Below are positions 41,001-50,680 of a stretch of DNA of 64,000 nucleotides, piece by piece. The translations under genes were made by a program, and so were the position numbers. Every line of letters starts with the position of its first letter. The stretch's first letter is position 1. The DNA is taken from contig OZ240245.1 of assembly GCA_965198175.1 (NCBI GenBank), forward strand, positions 672,001 to 736,000, in the 5' to 3' direction. The stretch comes from Candidatus Poribacteria bacterium (GTDB lineage: Bacteria; Poribacteria; WGA-4E; PCPOR2b). A model generated the notes under the pieces. That model saw only the letters and a program-made list of their open reading frames with translations. It was not told the origin of the DNA and ran no database searches.

Positions 41001-41447
41001 CCGGGTTTTGTCAACGGTTGCGTTGAAGTCCATCACTTCAGCATGCTCCGCAGCATCCGTGACCAGCCTTTGCAGCATGTGCGCCTCAATGGGGTCATCG
41101 GTGTTCCGGTCGCCGAACTGTAGCGCGCTAACGAGCCTATCCTCCAATTCAGGATGCTGTCGTTCGACGTTGAGTGCCACATCGCGCAAGGTTAACTTCG
41201 TGCGGATCGGTTGAACCACATATCTGTAAAGAGTGTATCCTACCGCTCCAATCGTGCCGATGAGCAGCACTGCGCGAATGCCACTTGGTAACGGCATCAA
41301 CAAATCAACAACGGCTTCTCCGGCGAGAATCGCAATCAGTCCAACAAGGACAATCGCACACCCAGTCCAAAGCAGTGTCCGTTTCCAAACGCGGCGTGCC
41401 TCGAACAGTTTCTCTTGTAATTGTGAGTAACCATCTCTCCTTGCCAC
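38085..41447 (-). CDS. DUF4175-like protein (TM + Ig-like + Gln-rich coiled coil)
   Basis: PELEDRLVSAL, YPEYT, DNPPEV, DDY, YYAQATDN; ends VPSEYRNLVDSYYESL. Confidence 0.8.
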   Translation of the reverse strand: MARRDGYSQLQEKLFEARRVWKRTLLWTGCAIVLVGLIAILAGEAVVDLLMPLPSGIRAVLLIGTIGAVGYTLYRYVVQPIRTKLTLRDVALNVERQHPELEDRLVSALQFGDRNTDDPIEAHMLQRLVTDAAEHAEVMDFNATVDKTRKHKYLGIAVAALAICILLLLIFPVEINTALHRLLVPWKKTAPVLTTRLNVQPGNARIPRGQSLRIDVEVAGKGADKVRLGYTRMNRPSTVERVELDRHSPPEQQVNMVQNEGEKDKFEYEIFNINEDVQYYVLANNTESERYIVEVFDIPRVTDISVSYTYPEYTQLKPVVQQGDGNIHAVAGTVTEVRVITNKAIQSAALTVTDNNPISMGVSEGRTLTASLDVIEDGKYTVELHCVNGLKNQIPIEYSIRAIPDNPPEVVIREPGRDVKATKLEEVQVIVESTDDYKVEEMALRYALGSGEAQELPMATVDVGARNAISGSYNFYLEELNVEPGDVISYYAQATDNNSGTGISQIHFIEVRPFSERYEELEAESESAAGEILAGLVAEQKQIIKETWGHINSRPRFGSSLEPAPPTDDYKFVVKKTGEQQAKLKDRVQRFVNEISTAMRTTSIDPEILINFEAAIDKMRKANHELDAIRPREAMPHEQDALELLVRVEMELPKALTRMRGSGNREVADNMEVEMEALQSAFEKDENELDEQMREQVEDALNRAQEMLAEQEQLTQQSQQMGREGQPSQGEIHQNSQQQGELAQDARQVSRQLSQMTQEQGGSRQNIGQCVTQASRAMQQASEQMQDAAQNMSERRPQMSAAKGQKAEENLQQAIETLEKTATQFTEATLEKTTEQLDRLIAKQSEIREQTAALDAQTRQNGMHSEDLKRASQLANQQQALQHNLEQVQRSLVNLQEGFSENHSQAARNVLKARHRIVEEQVPETMASAQHRLRWRTFKSAEQDQRKVLDTLFQVRDELQQAKANMSRTEEEQLEVALEQLEQWQDRMQDIQRELEAMDNQKTSLTPEQEQRQQQLSELQAQMQPRAQELQNAQAGLASDREIKELWLGLIDAMDMRRGHRNAPFPNYDFALRELNKLKTALADRLIEIQEKKRLSQVFKEDVPSEYRNLVDSYYESLAQ

Positions 41448-41503
41448 CGTCCACTCCTTCGAGGAAAAAGGGTTGTGCCTTCCCTATTCGACACAGAATC
41501 GCT

Positions 41504-42265
41504 TTACTTCGCTGTGTATCCGCCATCGACGAGAAGATGAGTCCCCGTCACAAATGAAGCGTCGTCGGACGCGAGAAACAGGATGCCGTGCGCAATCTCT
41601 CGAGGTTGAGCAACCCGCTTCAGAAGAGCCGGATCGCCCCACTCTTTTTGTGCGTCATCGGGCGAAAAATTCAACTCCTCCATTGCCTGATCAAGCGCCG
41701 GTGTATGCGTCACACCCGGACAGAGTGCGTTAACCCGTATATTGAAGGGCGCAAGATCCATCGCAAGGCATCGCGTGAAATTTAGCACAGCCGATTTTGA
41801 GGTGTTGTAGGGGACATAGTCAGGCTGCGCAATGAAGGAGCTGATGGAGCCAATATTGACGATTGAACCGACACCCGCTGCTTTCATCGCAGGAAGCACC
41901 GCCTTAACGCAGAACGCAGGACCTTTCACGTTGACACCCAAAATTCGATCCCAATCCGCTTCTGTCGCATCTTCTACCCGCCCGTAGATAAATGCGGCGG
42001 CGTTGTTGACGAGGATGTTAGTTGTTCCAAAAGCCTCAACTGCTGCATCGGCAATCCTTTTTGCATCTGCCTCTTTGGAAACATCCGCTTCAACCGCCAC
42101 CGCCTCACTAGTTTTCCGTACGTGCTCTACTGTCTCATTCGCACCATCAATGTTGATGTCAGCGACAACCACCTTCGCACCCTCTTCGGCAAAGAGTTGA
42201 CATGTGGCGCGTCCAATCCCTGAACCGCCTCCTGTAACAATGGCAACCTTATCTTTGACGCGCAT
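41504..42265 (-). CDS. Classical short-chain dehydrogenase/reductase
   Basis: TGGGSGIG, NNAA, YNTSK, VTG..LVDGG. Confidence 0.93.
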   Translation of the reverse strand: MRVKDKVAIVTGGGSGIGRATCQLFAEEGAKVVVADINIDGANETVEHVRKTSEAVAVEADVSKEADAKRIADAAVEAFGTTNILVNNAAAFIYGRVEDATEADWDRILGVNVKGPAFCVKAVLPAMKAAGVGSIVNIGSISSFIAQPDYVPYNTSKSAVLNFTRCLAMDLAPFNIRVNALCPGVTHTPALDQAMEELNFSPDDAQKEWGDPALLKRVAQPREIAHGILFLASDDASFVTGTHLLVDGGYTAK

Positions 42266-42525
42266 GGTTTTCCTTTCGTTTAAGAAGCCGTACCCCGGAA
42301 ATCGCGGGGGTTTTAAGTCTAATCCACAGTTTGCTCGATAAAAACACCGAATATTTTAACATCAGAAGCGGTAAAATGCAATTGCCTCTTAGTGTTCTTA
42401 ACCGCTCTGTTCAGGGTGCGAGTTGTTTCGCGGTACATTCCATTCGGATGTCAGGCTGGGCGGAGAATTAGTGACTAATTGTAATGGTCAAGTAGAATGC
42501 AGCCGCTCGCAACGCTTCGCACTTA

Positions 42526-42597
42526 CGCTCCAGCGGAGCGCGATGTTTATAGCATTTGTAAAATTTCTAACCTGCTGCCCCAGCGGAGCAGAATGTG
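42526..42597. repeat. Pair of REP-like palindromes
   Basis: CGCTCCAGCGGAGCG (42526-42540) and TGCCCCAGCGGAGCA (42576-42590), each followed by a related ATGT tail. Confidence 0.5.
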
Positions 42598-42656
42598 ATT
42601 CTTGAGTAGCAAGTCGGTAGTGCTCCCTATCTTGAAAACTCGGTTTCTACATTTCC

Positions 42657-42935
42657 TTAGTCCTGAACCTCCTTCAGACGAGGCGGACGACAAGTCGGAC
42701 ACGGCTTATAGTCGATTTGTAGTGCGTCGGATAGAAACAACTCCTTATGTTCAATTCCGACATTGCGGCAGCTCATCCGATGATAATACCCTGATGTGCC
42801 CGTTACAACAACAGTATCATCCCCCGACCCCGATACAGCAGTAATCCGACGATAGATTCCGCAGCCAGTGAAATTCACAGTTGCGAATACAAAAGCTGCG
42901 ACAAACAGGGCGACCATCCAAAATCTCACCTTCAT
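42657..42935 (-). CDS. Small lipoprotein with Ada-type metal-binding domain
   Basis: FTGC lipobox; YYHRMSC...YKPCPTCRP. Confidence 0.75.
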   Translation of the reverse strand: MKVRFWMVALFVAAFVFATVNFTGCGIYRRITAVSGSGDDTVVVTGTSGYYHRMSCRNVGIEHKELFLSDALQIDYKPCPTCRPPRLKEVQD

Positions 42936-42997
42936 TAGACTCCCCCCTTTTTCATTGGAAATCGACCTATCCTAGTTCAAAACGCATGGACGCTCGT

Positions 42998-43948
42998 CTA
43001 TTTCTCCTTGCGAAAAATCAGAATAAACTGATGCAGTTGGTTGGACACATACGCATACGGATAACCAAAAGGATAGAGTTTCAGCGACTTATCATACCAG
43101 ATTTTGTAACCCCGAAACCGGAGATTCGGTATTTGCGCCAATGTATTGACTACATCGGCATGGACCAGGTTGTGATATTCAGCGGTCGGCTGGAGGTCTT
43201 TGCAGAAGACCACCACGTAACCCTTGACCTTTAAGAACTTCATGGATTGTGAGATAACGGATTTCAAGGCTATGTAAAATTGTTCGGGTGGCATGTTTCC
43301 GAGGTCGTGTTCTTCGTTTGTAAAAGGTGTGGGCGAATCATCGCCGGTTTTCTTCTTCCGCTCGCCGGTACGCTTTCTTGAGAGCATATTTCCATACGGC
43401 GGATCGGTCAGGACGAGATCAAACAGATAATCCTTGCCGCGAAAAATCTCCTCAAGATGCCTCGTATCGCCTTGGTAAACCGTCTGGGGCTCTAAATTCA
43501 ACGTTTCGGTCGCTTTCTGGTAAAGGTCGAGATACGCTTGGGACAAATCCACGCCCACGCCACGGCGTGCTGCCATCGAACAGCCTAATAACGTGCCGCC
43601 GACGCCCACAAACGGATCGAACACCCAGCCATCCCGCTTGGTGAAAAACTCGATGAGTCGCTTCATCAGTTGCGGCGGTTTTGGCGATGGATGCCGCTTG
43701 CGAATGTGATGCGCATAACCCGCCTCGCCAGAAGTCGGATAGAACGTGTCAATGATGGGTGCCTGATGCGCCGCCCACTGTTCCTCTGACAGGTCATTGA
43801 ATCGCTCACCGGTGAGAAGGTCGGGTTCTCCTTCGTTCAATTCGATTGAATTTAAAAAATAGACCCATTCTCTTCCGGTTAAATCGTTGAGCCTGTTGCG
43901 CGAATCCTGCACGCCTTTTGGCGTTTCCTTTTCACTCTGTTTGCACAT
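42998..43948 (-). CDS. N4C/N6A DNA methyltransferase
   Basis: HPSPKP, DPFVGVGGT (motif I), TDPPY (motif IV). Overlaps the upstream MTase. Confidence 0.85.
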   Translation of the reverse strand: MCKQSEKETPKGVQDSRNRLNDLTGREWVYFLNSIELNEGEPDLLTGERFNDLSEEQWAAHQAPIIDTFYPTSGEAGYAHHIRKRHPSPKPPQLMKRLIEFFTKRDGWVFDPFVGVGGTLLGCSMAARRGVGVDLSQAYLDLYQKATETLNLEPQTVYQGDTRHLEEIFRGKDYLFDLVLTDPPYGNMLSRKRTGERKKKTGDDSPTPFTNEEHDLGNMPPEQFYIALKSVISQSMKFLKVKGYVVVFCKDLQPTAEYHNLVHADVVNTLAQIPNLRFRGYKIWYDKSLKLYPFGYPYAYVSNQLHQFILIFRKEK

Positions 43949-44990
43949 AGAACAGATACTCTTGTACGTCCTTCTTATTTTTATGTGCGCCGTTAGAGTT
44001 GCTTTTGAAGCGGCGATAATCTATCGGAATCAGTTCAGGCATCTCCCCTTTTTGACTGAGAACCTCAAGTATCTCCGCATTGCTCATAATACCTTCGCTG
44101 TTATAACTCACGATGATGTGCTTTGCTCGCGCTCGCACTATTAACGCCGCAAACGCTGAAAGACACGCCCCCTTTGAGCAGTACGCCGATTTCTCCGCTT
44201 CGGAATATGAACGCATTCCAGTTTTGCCATAAACGGAGGGATTATCATAGCGGGCAACGGTTTCGAGGAGATGATAGTTCGTAATATATTGGCGGCTATT
44301 GTACGGAGGGTCAATGTAAAGAATATCGCAGTCAATCCGTTCGACGAGTCGGTTTGCATCTTCTTGATAGACGGCGTGGTCCTTGTCCGATGAAATCGCT
44401 GAAAACGGTTCAAGCGTTAGGTCCTTGTAGGTTCTCGCATCCCAGCCTTTCAGATACGCGCCATAAGTCCCTGAGATGTTGGTCACTTTGGAGACCGCCT
44501 CCAAAAGCGAAAGCAGGAGGGTATAATATTCGTCTTCGGTGATTAACCCATCCCGCCGCCACGCTTCAATCTGCTGTCTGACTGCGTCAACTTTCTGTCC
44601 GTTTCTGTCAGACAGGTATTGTCGGTTGTATCGGTTTTCCCCGCCCGGACAGTAGGTGTTAAAGATAAAGCCATCGGAGGTTCCATCAAGCTGGTTCAAA
44701 TAGTTCAATGTCTTCAAGTACGAATCCATCCCATCGAAGAGATTTGAGGGGAGGTTCCTCAACCGACTAAACTTCGGCTGTTCGCTGTTTTGAATCAGCG
44801 CACGCCCGAAGACATATGCGAGGTAAAGCAGATCGTTGGATATAATCTGAAATCCAAGTCTCTTGAAATGCGCTGCGACCGAATGGGTGCCTGCAAAAAG
44901 ATCGCAAAAGACACCCTCCTGAACGCAGTGGTTTAGCGTTACCTCCTCAATAGAAGATAGTAGATTGTTTTTGCAGCCGATATATCTCAT
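43932..44990 (-). CDS. D12-class adenine DNA methyltransferase
   Basis: MRYIGCK, DLFAGT, YIDPPYNSRQY, SYNSEG. Start moved to ATG 44990. Confidence 0.9.
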   Translation of the reverse strand: MRYIGCKNNLLSSIEEVTLNHCVQEGVFCDLFAGTHSVAAHFKRLGFQIISNDLLYLAYVFGRALIQNSEQPKFSRLRNLPSNLFDGMDSYLKTLNYLNQLDGTSDGFIFNTYCPGGENRYNRQYLSDRNGQKVDAVRQQIEAWRRDGLITEDEYYTLLLSLLEAVSKVTNISGTYGAYLKGWDARTYKDLTLEPFSAISSDKDHAVYQEDANRLVERIDCDILYIDPPYNSRQYITNYHLLETVARYDNPSVYGKTGMRSYSEAEKSAYCSKGACLSAFAALIVRARAKHIIVSYNSEGIMSNAEILEVLSQKGEMPELIPIDYRRFKSNSNGAHKNKKDVQEYLFYVQTE

Positions 44991-45142
44991 GAGCGCACAC
45001 TTGCAAAAACAGGTGTTGATTTTATCGTAATTGAGTCCCAAGGCGGTTTGTCAGAGGGACAATACGCGGTTGGGCGATTGACTTTTTAATTGCGCATTTT
45101 CCGCCATTCATGTATCCTTTCCATTAATTTCCGCCTCGTTTT

Positions 45143-45487
45143 CTATTCTGGCTTGTCGCCTTTGCTGTGATCAAAATCATCTGGCGCTTCCTTCTTGTCT
45201 AATACCTTAACGAGGTGATAGGAATATCGCCCGACATCCTGTATATAGGGACCGCGGTCTTCTAACCTAACTTCGAGGGTATAAAAATATCCCGGTTCAA
45301 AATTAAAACCCTGAATAGATTCGTAGAAAAACTCCCAACGATCTGAGTCTGCATTGTATTCGAGAAAACAATCTTGCTCGATAAATCCCTGACACTGCAC
45401 CTCGTAGGGTCCCAACGTTAATGTCTCGATATGTTCCCCGCCGCACGCGCACAAAAATGCAAGGGCGAAAACCAACAACATTCTCAT
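45143..45487 (-). CDS. DUF4377-like lipoprotein
   Basis: LCAC lipobox; C..C..WEFFYESIQGFNFEPGY.Y.L.V; GGAGG RBS. Confidence 0.8.
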   Translation of the reverse strand: MRMLLVFALAFLCACGGEHIETLTLGPYEVQCQGFIEQDCFLEYNADSDRWEFFYESIQGFNFEPGYFYTLEVRLEDRGPYIQDVGRYSYHLVKVLDKKEAPDDFDHSKGDKPE

Positions 45488-45524
45488 ATTCGCACCTCCC
45501 AAATCCGCTTGTGATGGACGTTTT

Positions 45525-45869
45525 CTACTCCGGCTTGTCGCCTTTTTTGTGATCAAAATCGTCTGGTGCTTCCTTCTTGTCTATTATTTTAACGAGGTGA
45601 TAATCATATCGTCCGGAATCTTGATATTCGGTACCAACGTCTTCCACCCTGACTTCTAGGGTATAAAAGTATCCAGGTTCAAAATCAAAACCGCTAATTC
45701 CATCGTAGAAAAATTCCTAACGCCCCGAGTCCGCGTTGTATTCGAGATAACAATCCTGCTCGAAAGCCCCTACACACGGCACCTCGTAAGGTGCCAGCGT
45801 AAATATCTCGATATGTTCCTCGCCGCACGCACACAATAGCACTATTGCCATAGCCAACAGAATTTTCAT
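45525..45869 (-). pseudogene. Tandem paralog of the DUF4377-like lipoprotein with an in-frame TAG at codon 51
   Basis: Same 345-nt length as the neighbour; the Trp51 TGG corresponds to TAG at 45719-45717. Confidence 0.85.
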
Positions 45870-46152
45870 TTTCGCACCTCCTAATGCGATTCTGGTAGAT
45901 GTTTCATTCTGTACGTGCTAACGTAAAACGCGGCGTAACGCATTACAGGATACACCAAAAACCGAACGCCTGCAAGGCACTTCAACCAAATGTAACTCGA
46001 TTTCCGTCGGAGCCGCATTCCTACGCCGATTCATTGATTTTTCTTGACTTGAGTGTGTGGTATCGTATAATTAAAGCGATTTTAATCCATCCTCTTGCCA
46101 ACTACAGAAATTTCCGCGTGGATAGCCAAAGCGTTGGAGGGAGATAAGTAAA

Positions 46153-46563
46153 ATGAAACACTCTGAATTGCGATTTCTGCCATTGTCTGTTCGATACCTT
46201 ACCACACCCGCTTGGAGTGCTGTGGGACAAGTCGAAAATCAGAAGGTTGCTGATGAAGCGAGGAGAATCCTATGGACTATAACAGAAACAAGCCTAACCT
46301 TCCAAAGCCGAGGGGTTGACTTGGATCGCCTTCCCCAGCTCCATGCTTTTGCTGTACAGGACGGTTCAGCACTCATCGAATGGATATTTGATGATTTTAG
46401 AGTCGGTTTTAGTATTGAGTCAATTCCGTCTGAGTCGAGCTGGTACTTAGTATCGAACGCAAAGTTAGGAGATATAAGCGTTGCAGGAGACATTTCTCAA
46501 AACGGATTTGAAACCCAAAATCTAATGTTGAAGCTCTTGACTTTTATTATTTTGCATGTCTAA
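46153..46563 (+). CDS. Hypothetical protein
   Basis: 136-aa ORF with GGAGG RBS and an upstream TTGACT/TATAAT promoter-like pair. Confidence 0.6.
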   Translation: MKHSELRFLPLSVRYLTTPAWSAVGQVENQKVADEARRILWTITETSLTFQSRGVDLDRLPQLHAFAVQDGSALIEWIFDDFRVGFSIESIPSESSWYLVSNAKLGDISVAGDISQNGFETQNLMLKLLTFIILHV

Positions 46564-46656
46564 AATTTATTATGTAGCAAGTTCCGACCTTTCTTGTCAA
46601 TTGGGGTTGTCGCTTTTGCGAGGCAACCCCTTTTTTAATTCTACGGAGTCTTGAAA

Positions 46657-46792
46657 CGACCCGACCCCTTCTAACTCCTCTTACCAAGGGCAAGAACACT
46701 CATTCCCCTCCTTACGAAGGAGGGGTTAGGGGAGGTTCTTAAAACGCAACCACGCAAAGAAACCGAGTTTTTCCAAAAAAACTCGGTTTCTC
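46657..46792. repeat. REP-like hairpin cluster
   Basis: CCCCTCCTT-ACG-AAGGAGGGG and AGAAACCGAGTTTTT-CCA-AAAAAACTCGGTTTCT stems. Confidence 0.55.
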
Positions 46793-46828
46793 TCGACTAC
46801 ACCATCACCTCACGCATGGAGGCTCCTC

Positions 46829-49800
46829 GTGCCGCACGACTCCAACCGTCAAGAAAACATCCTTAACATCCTCCAGAACTTTCACGGAATCGACTCCCTC
46901 AAAGAACTGTTCTGGACCGAGCTAAACTACGACCATCGCAACACCCCGCTCTCCTATCAAGGCGGAGACGCCCTCGCCAACGATCCAATCCTTCTTGCAA
47001 CCGGCGGAACGGGCGGCGCTTTCCATGTCATCTACGTCCATCTCAACTCCGACCGTCTGCTCCTGACGACTGAACGACCCATCATCTCTCGTCTTTTACA
47101 AGACCACCCCTACGCCCTGTTCATATTCAGCAACCGTGATCGAACCCAATGGCACTTCGTCAATGTCAAATACGATACGGATGACCCAAAGAAACGCCGC
47201 CTATTCCGCCGCATCACAATCAGCCCTTACGAGAAACTCCGCACTGCGTCCGAGCGGATTGCCATGCTCGATCTGGAATCCATCAGCCCCATTCTCGAAA
47301 CCATCCAGCCCCTCGAAATCCAGACCCGCCATGAGGAAGCCTTCGATGTCGAAGCCGTCACGAAGCGATTCTTTGAAGACTACAAATCCGTTTTCCACAT
47401 CCTCCAGGACGACTTGGCGGCTCAGATACAAGATCGTCGGTGGGCGCACGACTACGCCCTGCAGTTCCTCAACCGCTGCATGTTCCTCTACTTCATCCAG
47501 CGCAAACGTTGGCTCGGCGAAGATACCGGGTTTCTCCGGTCGTTTTGGGAGAGCTACCGTTCGGCGGACGAACCGGAGGATTCGTTTGTCGAACACTGGC
47601 TAAATGTCCTCTTCTTTGAGGCGTTCAATAACAGATTCCACGGCGGGCACCGTCAGTTTCCCGACGAGATCCGAAAAGCGTTGGCGTTAGCTCCCTACCT
47701 CAACGGCGGTCTGTTCACCGAGAACCACCTCGACGAGGCACACAATTTCCAGATTTCTGATGATTGCTTCACAGGAATTTTTGAATTTCTTGAAAACTAC
47801 AACTTCACCATTGCCGAGGATAGCCCGCTCGATCAGGAGGTTGCCGTCGATCCCGAGATGATCGGTAAAGTCTACGAAAGCCTCGTTAACGTCTCGCCGG
47901 AGACCGATGAACGCGGCGACGCCGGCATCTTCTACACCCCCAGAACCGAGATTGACCTGATGTGCCGCCTCGCGATCGTGGACAACCTTGCAGTTCATAT
48001 GGGAGAGGAACACAAATCTACGCTGTATGAAGCTGTTTTCGCCTTTGATCCGGACGAGAAAACCGCGGCTGATCTGCGGCTCAATAGCGAGAATCTTTGG
48101 GTTCCGCTTAACGAATGCCTGAGAGAAATCGCAATTGTCGATCCCGCCTGCGGTTCCGGCGCTTTCCTCGTCGGCATGCTGCAAATCCTCGACGACCTGC
48201 GCGATAGAACGAATCGTGCGCTTGACCGTGGCGAAAGGAGTTTCGACCGCAAAAAGGCTATCATCGGGGCTAACCTCTACGGCGTGGACGTGATGGAGTG
48301 GGCGTGCCACGTGGCGGAATTGCGGCTCTGGCTCGCGCTCATCATTGACGCCGATATTCCCCGCGCAGAACTCCAAGTCCGAAATGAGCCTCTCCTCCCA
48401 CACTTTTCCTTCAACATCCGATGTGGCGATAGCCTCATTCAAGAAATCGGCAGCATGAACCTCGCCCAAATCCGCGCTGATTTCAGCGGAATACCAAGAT
48501 CCTTAAAAGCCCGTACCACCCGTCTCAAAAATGAAAAACTCAAGTTCTTCAACAACGACAAAACCTGTCGTTACGAATCTGAACAGGAACTAAAACACGA
48601 AGAGCTGAACCTCTTCCGCGATCTTGTGGATACTCATGTCGCAGATATCAAAAAGGAAATTGACGCCTTACAGGACCTTATTGATGGTCCCAGAGCGCAA
48701 CAGATACGGCTTGATGGCACAATCGAAGAGAGAACCGCTCACCAATTTGAACTCGAGGCGACGGAGTGGCGAAAACAGATTGAGGCGTTGACCATAGACT
48801 ATGACCGTCTTGTTGAAGCTCGCGGCGCCCTCGCAAACGCACGAACATTGCCTTTTGTTTGGGACATCGCCTTTGTCGAAATCTTCGCCGATGACAAAGG
48901 TGGATTCGATATCGTCATCGGAAACCCGCCGTATGTCCGACAAGAGAATATTTTGGACCCGAAAATCCCGCGTGAAAAAATCACTGACGCAAACAAAAAG
49001 GATTACAATAAGGCGTACAAAGCGAAACTCGCCCGGTCCGTGTATCAAGCCTTCCCGCGCTTCTTCGGCTACAAACGCGAAAAGGATGTCAAACCGGATA
49101 ACCCGTCCCCCGCTGTCTTTCACAAACTTGACGCCAAAAGCGACCTCTACATCTACTTCTATTTCCACGGGCTTTCGCTTCTCAATCCCAAGGGGTCTTT
49201 CTGTTTCATTACCTCCAATTCGTGGCTCGATGTCGGATACGGAAAAGACCTGCAGGAGTTTACCCTCAAGCACTGTCACATCAAACAGATTATCGACAAC
49301 CAGTCGCGGCGCTCCTTCGCATCCGCCGATGTGAACACCGTTATCTGTCTCTTCGCCACACCCGACGAAAGTCGCCAGTTAGGGTTGGACTGTACAGCAA
49401 GATTCGTCTCATTCAATACCCCGTTTGAAGCCATCCTAGATCCCGTAATATTCTATGAGATCGAAACCGCCTCGGAACGGGGCAGGACACAGGAACACCG
49501 GATCGACCCAATTTCGCAAAGGTCGCTTTTGAAAGACGGTATTGTTGACGCTTCTCCCAAGCCGAAATATGCGGGAGATAAGTGGGGCGGCAAATATCTC
49601 CGTGCCCCGGACATCTACTGGACAATCCTGGAAAAAGGGAAAGGCAAGCTGGTCCGGTTGGGCGATGTCGCTGAGGTGCGGCGAGGCTTTACAACGGGGG
49701 CAAACGAGTTTTTCTACCTTGACGACGAAGATATTCGACATTGGGAGATTGAGGAGGAGTTCCTGAAACCCGTCATCAAAAGCCCGAGAGAGTGCAAAAG

Positions 49801-50440
49801 CATCCTCATCGATCCAAGCCAGTTAAAGTTCAAGCTGTTTATGTGTCATAAGGACGAAGCAGCCCTAAAAGGCACCGCCGCGTGGAAATATATTGAGTAC
49901 GGCGAATCCAAAGGCTTTGACCAGAGACCAAGTTGTCAGGGCAGAGCGCGGTGGTGGGAGATTAAAGAAACTAAATGGGCAACACATGTGTGGGTAAAAT
50001 CCATCAATGATCGCCACATGCAAGCTCGTATTCCATTCCACGCACTTGTAGACCAACGACTCTACGTGATGACCTACGCACAATCCGAAAATCTTAATGT
50101 TGTCTTAAACTGCACGCTCACCCTCCTATTTAAGGAATTACATGGTCGGGTTAACCTTGGCGAAGGGGCGTTAGATACGGCTGTTTACGAAGCGAACCAA
50201 ATGCTCATCATCAACCCAGAATCTATTTCGGTAAATGATGCTAAGGAGATTGAAAACACCCTTAGTCTCCGAGATATTCTTCCTATCTTTGATGAAGTCC
50301 GCCAACCGGACCGTCATGCCCTTGATTCAATCGTCTTCGATGCCCTCAACCTCACACAAGGGGAACGGGATGCCGTGTATGAAGCGGTTGTAAATCTCGT
50401 GGAGGCGCGCCTGCAAAAAGCAAAGAGTTTGCCGGCGTAG
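46829..50440 (+). CDS. Large type IIG/Eco57I-like N6-adenine methyltransferase with TRD
   Basis: YLNGGLF, DPEMIGKVYE, FYTPR, DPACGSG, GNPPY, FITSNSW; C-terminal TRD region. Confidence 0.88.
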   Translation: MPHDSNRQENILNILQNFHGIDSLKELFWTELNYDHRNTPLSYQGGDALANDPILLATGGTGGAFHVIYVHLNSDRLLLTTERPIISRLLQDHPYALFIFSNRDRTQWHFVNVKYDTDDPKKRRLFRRITISPYEKLRTASERIAMLDLESISPILETIQPLEIQTRHEEAFDVEAVTKRFFEDYKSVFHILQDDLAAQIQDRRWAHDYALQFLNRCMFLYFIQRKRWLGEDTGFLRSFWESYRSADEPEDSFVEHWLNVLFFEAFNNRFHGGHRQFPDEIRKALALAPYLNGGLFTENHLDEAHNFQISDDCFTGIFEFLENYNFTIAEDSPLDQEVAVDPEMIGKVYESLVNVSPETDERGDAGIFYTPRTEIDLMCRLAIVDNLAVHMGEEHKSTLYEAVFAFDPDEKTAADLRLNSENLWVPLNECLREIAIVDPACGSGAFLVGMLQILDDLRDRTNRALDRGERSFDRKKAIIGANLYGVDVMEWACHVAELRLWLALIIDADIPRAELQVRNEPLLPHFSFNIRCGDSLIQEIGSMNLAQIRADFSGIPRSLKARTTRLKNEKLKFFNNDKTCRYESEQELKHEELNLFRDLVDTHVADIKKEIDALQDLIDGPRAQQIRLDGTIEERTAHQFELEATEWRKQIEALTIDYDRLVEARGALANARTLPFVWDIAFVEIFADDKGGFDIVIGNPPYVRQENILDPKIPREKITDANKKDYNKAYKAKLARSVYQAFPRFFGYKREKDVKPDNPSPAVFHKLDAKSDLYIYFYFHGLSLLNPKGSFCFITSNSWLDVGYGKDLQEFTLKHCHIKQIIDNQSRRSFASADVNTVICLFATPDESRQLGLDCTARFVSFNTPFEAILDPVIFYEIETASERGRTQEHRIDPISQRSLLKDGIVDASPKPKYAGDKWGGKYLRAPDIYWTILEKGKGKLVRLGDVAEVRRGFTTGANEFFYLDDEDIRHWEIEEEFLKPVIKSPRECKSILIDPSQLKFKLFMCHKDEAALKGTAAWKYIEYGESKGFDQRPSCQGRARWWEIKETKWATHVWVKSINDRHMQARIPFHALVDQRLYVMTYAQSENLNVVLNCTLTLLFKELHGRVNLGEGALDTAVYEANQMLIINPESISVNDAKEIENTLSLRDILPIFDEVRQPDRHALDSIVFDALNLTQGERDAVYEAVVNLVEARLQKAKSLPA

Positions 50441-50540
50441 CTACAATCTCCAATGATCCATCTCTATCTTCCCTTGCCATAACTTCAAGCCCGTAGAACC
50501 ACATATATGTAGTATATCATATATATTTACCCACAATATC

Positions 50541-50570
50541 TTGACATTATCGCGCATATGATGGTATAAT
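50541..50570 (+). promoter_or_regulatory. Consensus sigma70 promoter TTGACA-18-TATAAT
   Basis: Both hexamers match consensus, with extended -10 TG, upstream of the HNH gene. Confidence 0.75.
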
Positions 50571-50680
50571 GTTTTCTTTCTACCCAATCTTAAGTTTAGT
50601 TTGAGCGACGGCTTCGACAGCAAGAGCATAGCGCACAAAATTAGATTGAACAGCAAAATGCACTACAACATACTGGATAG

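Noticed and set aside
46829..50440. BREX PglX or DISARM methyltransferase
   Set aside because: No brxC/pglZ/brxL or drmABC genes nearby.
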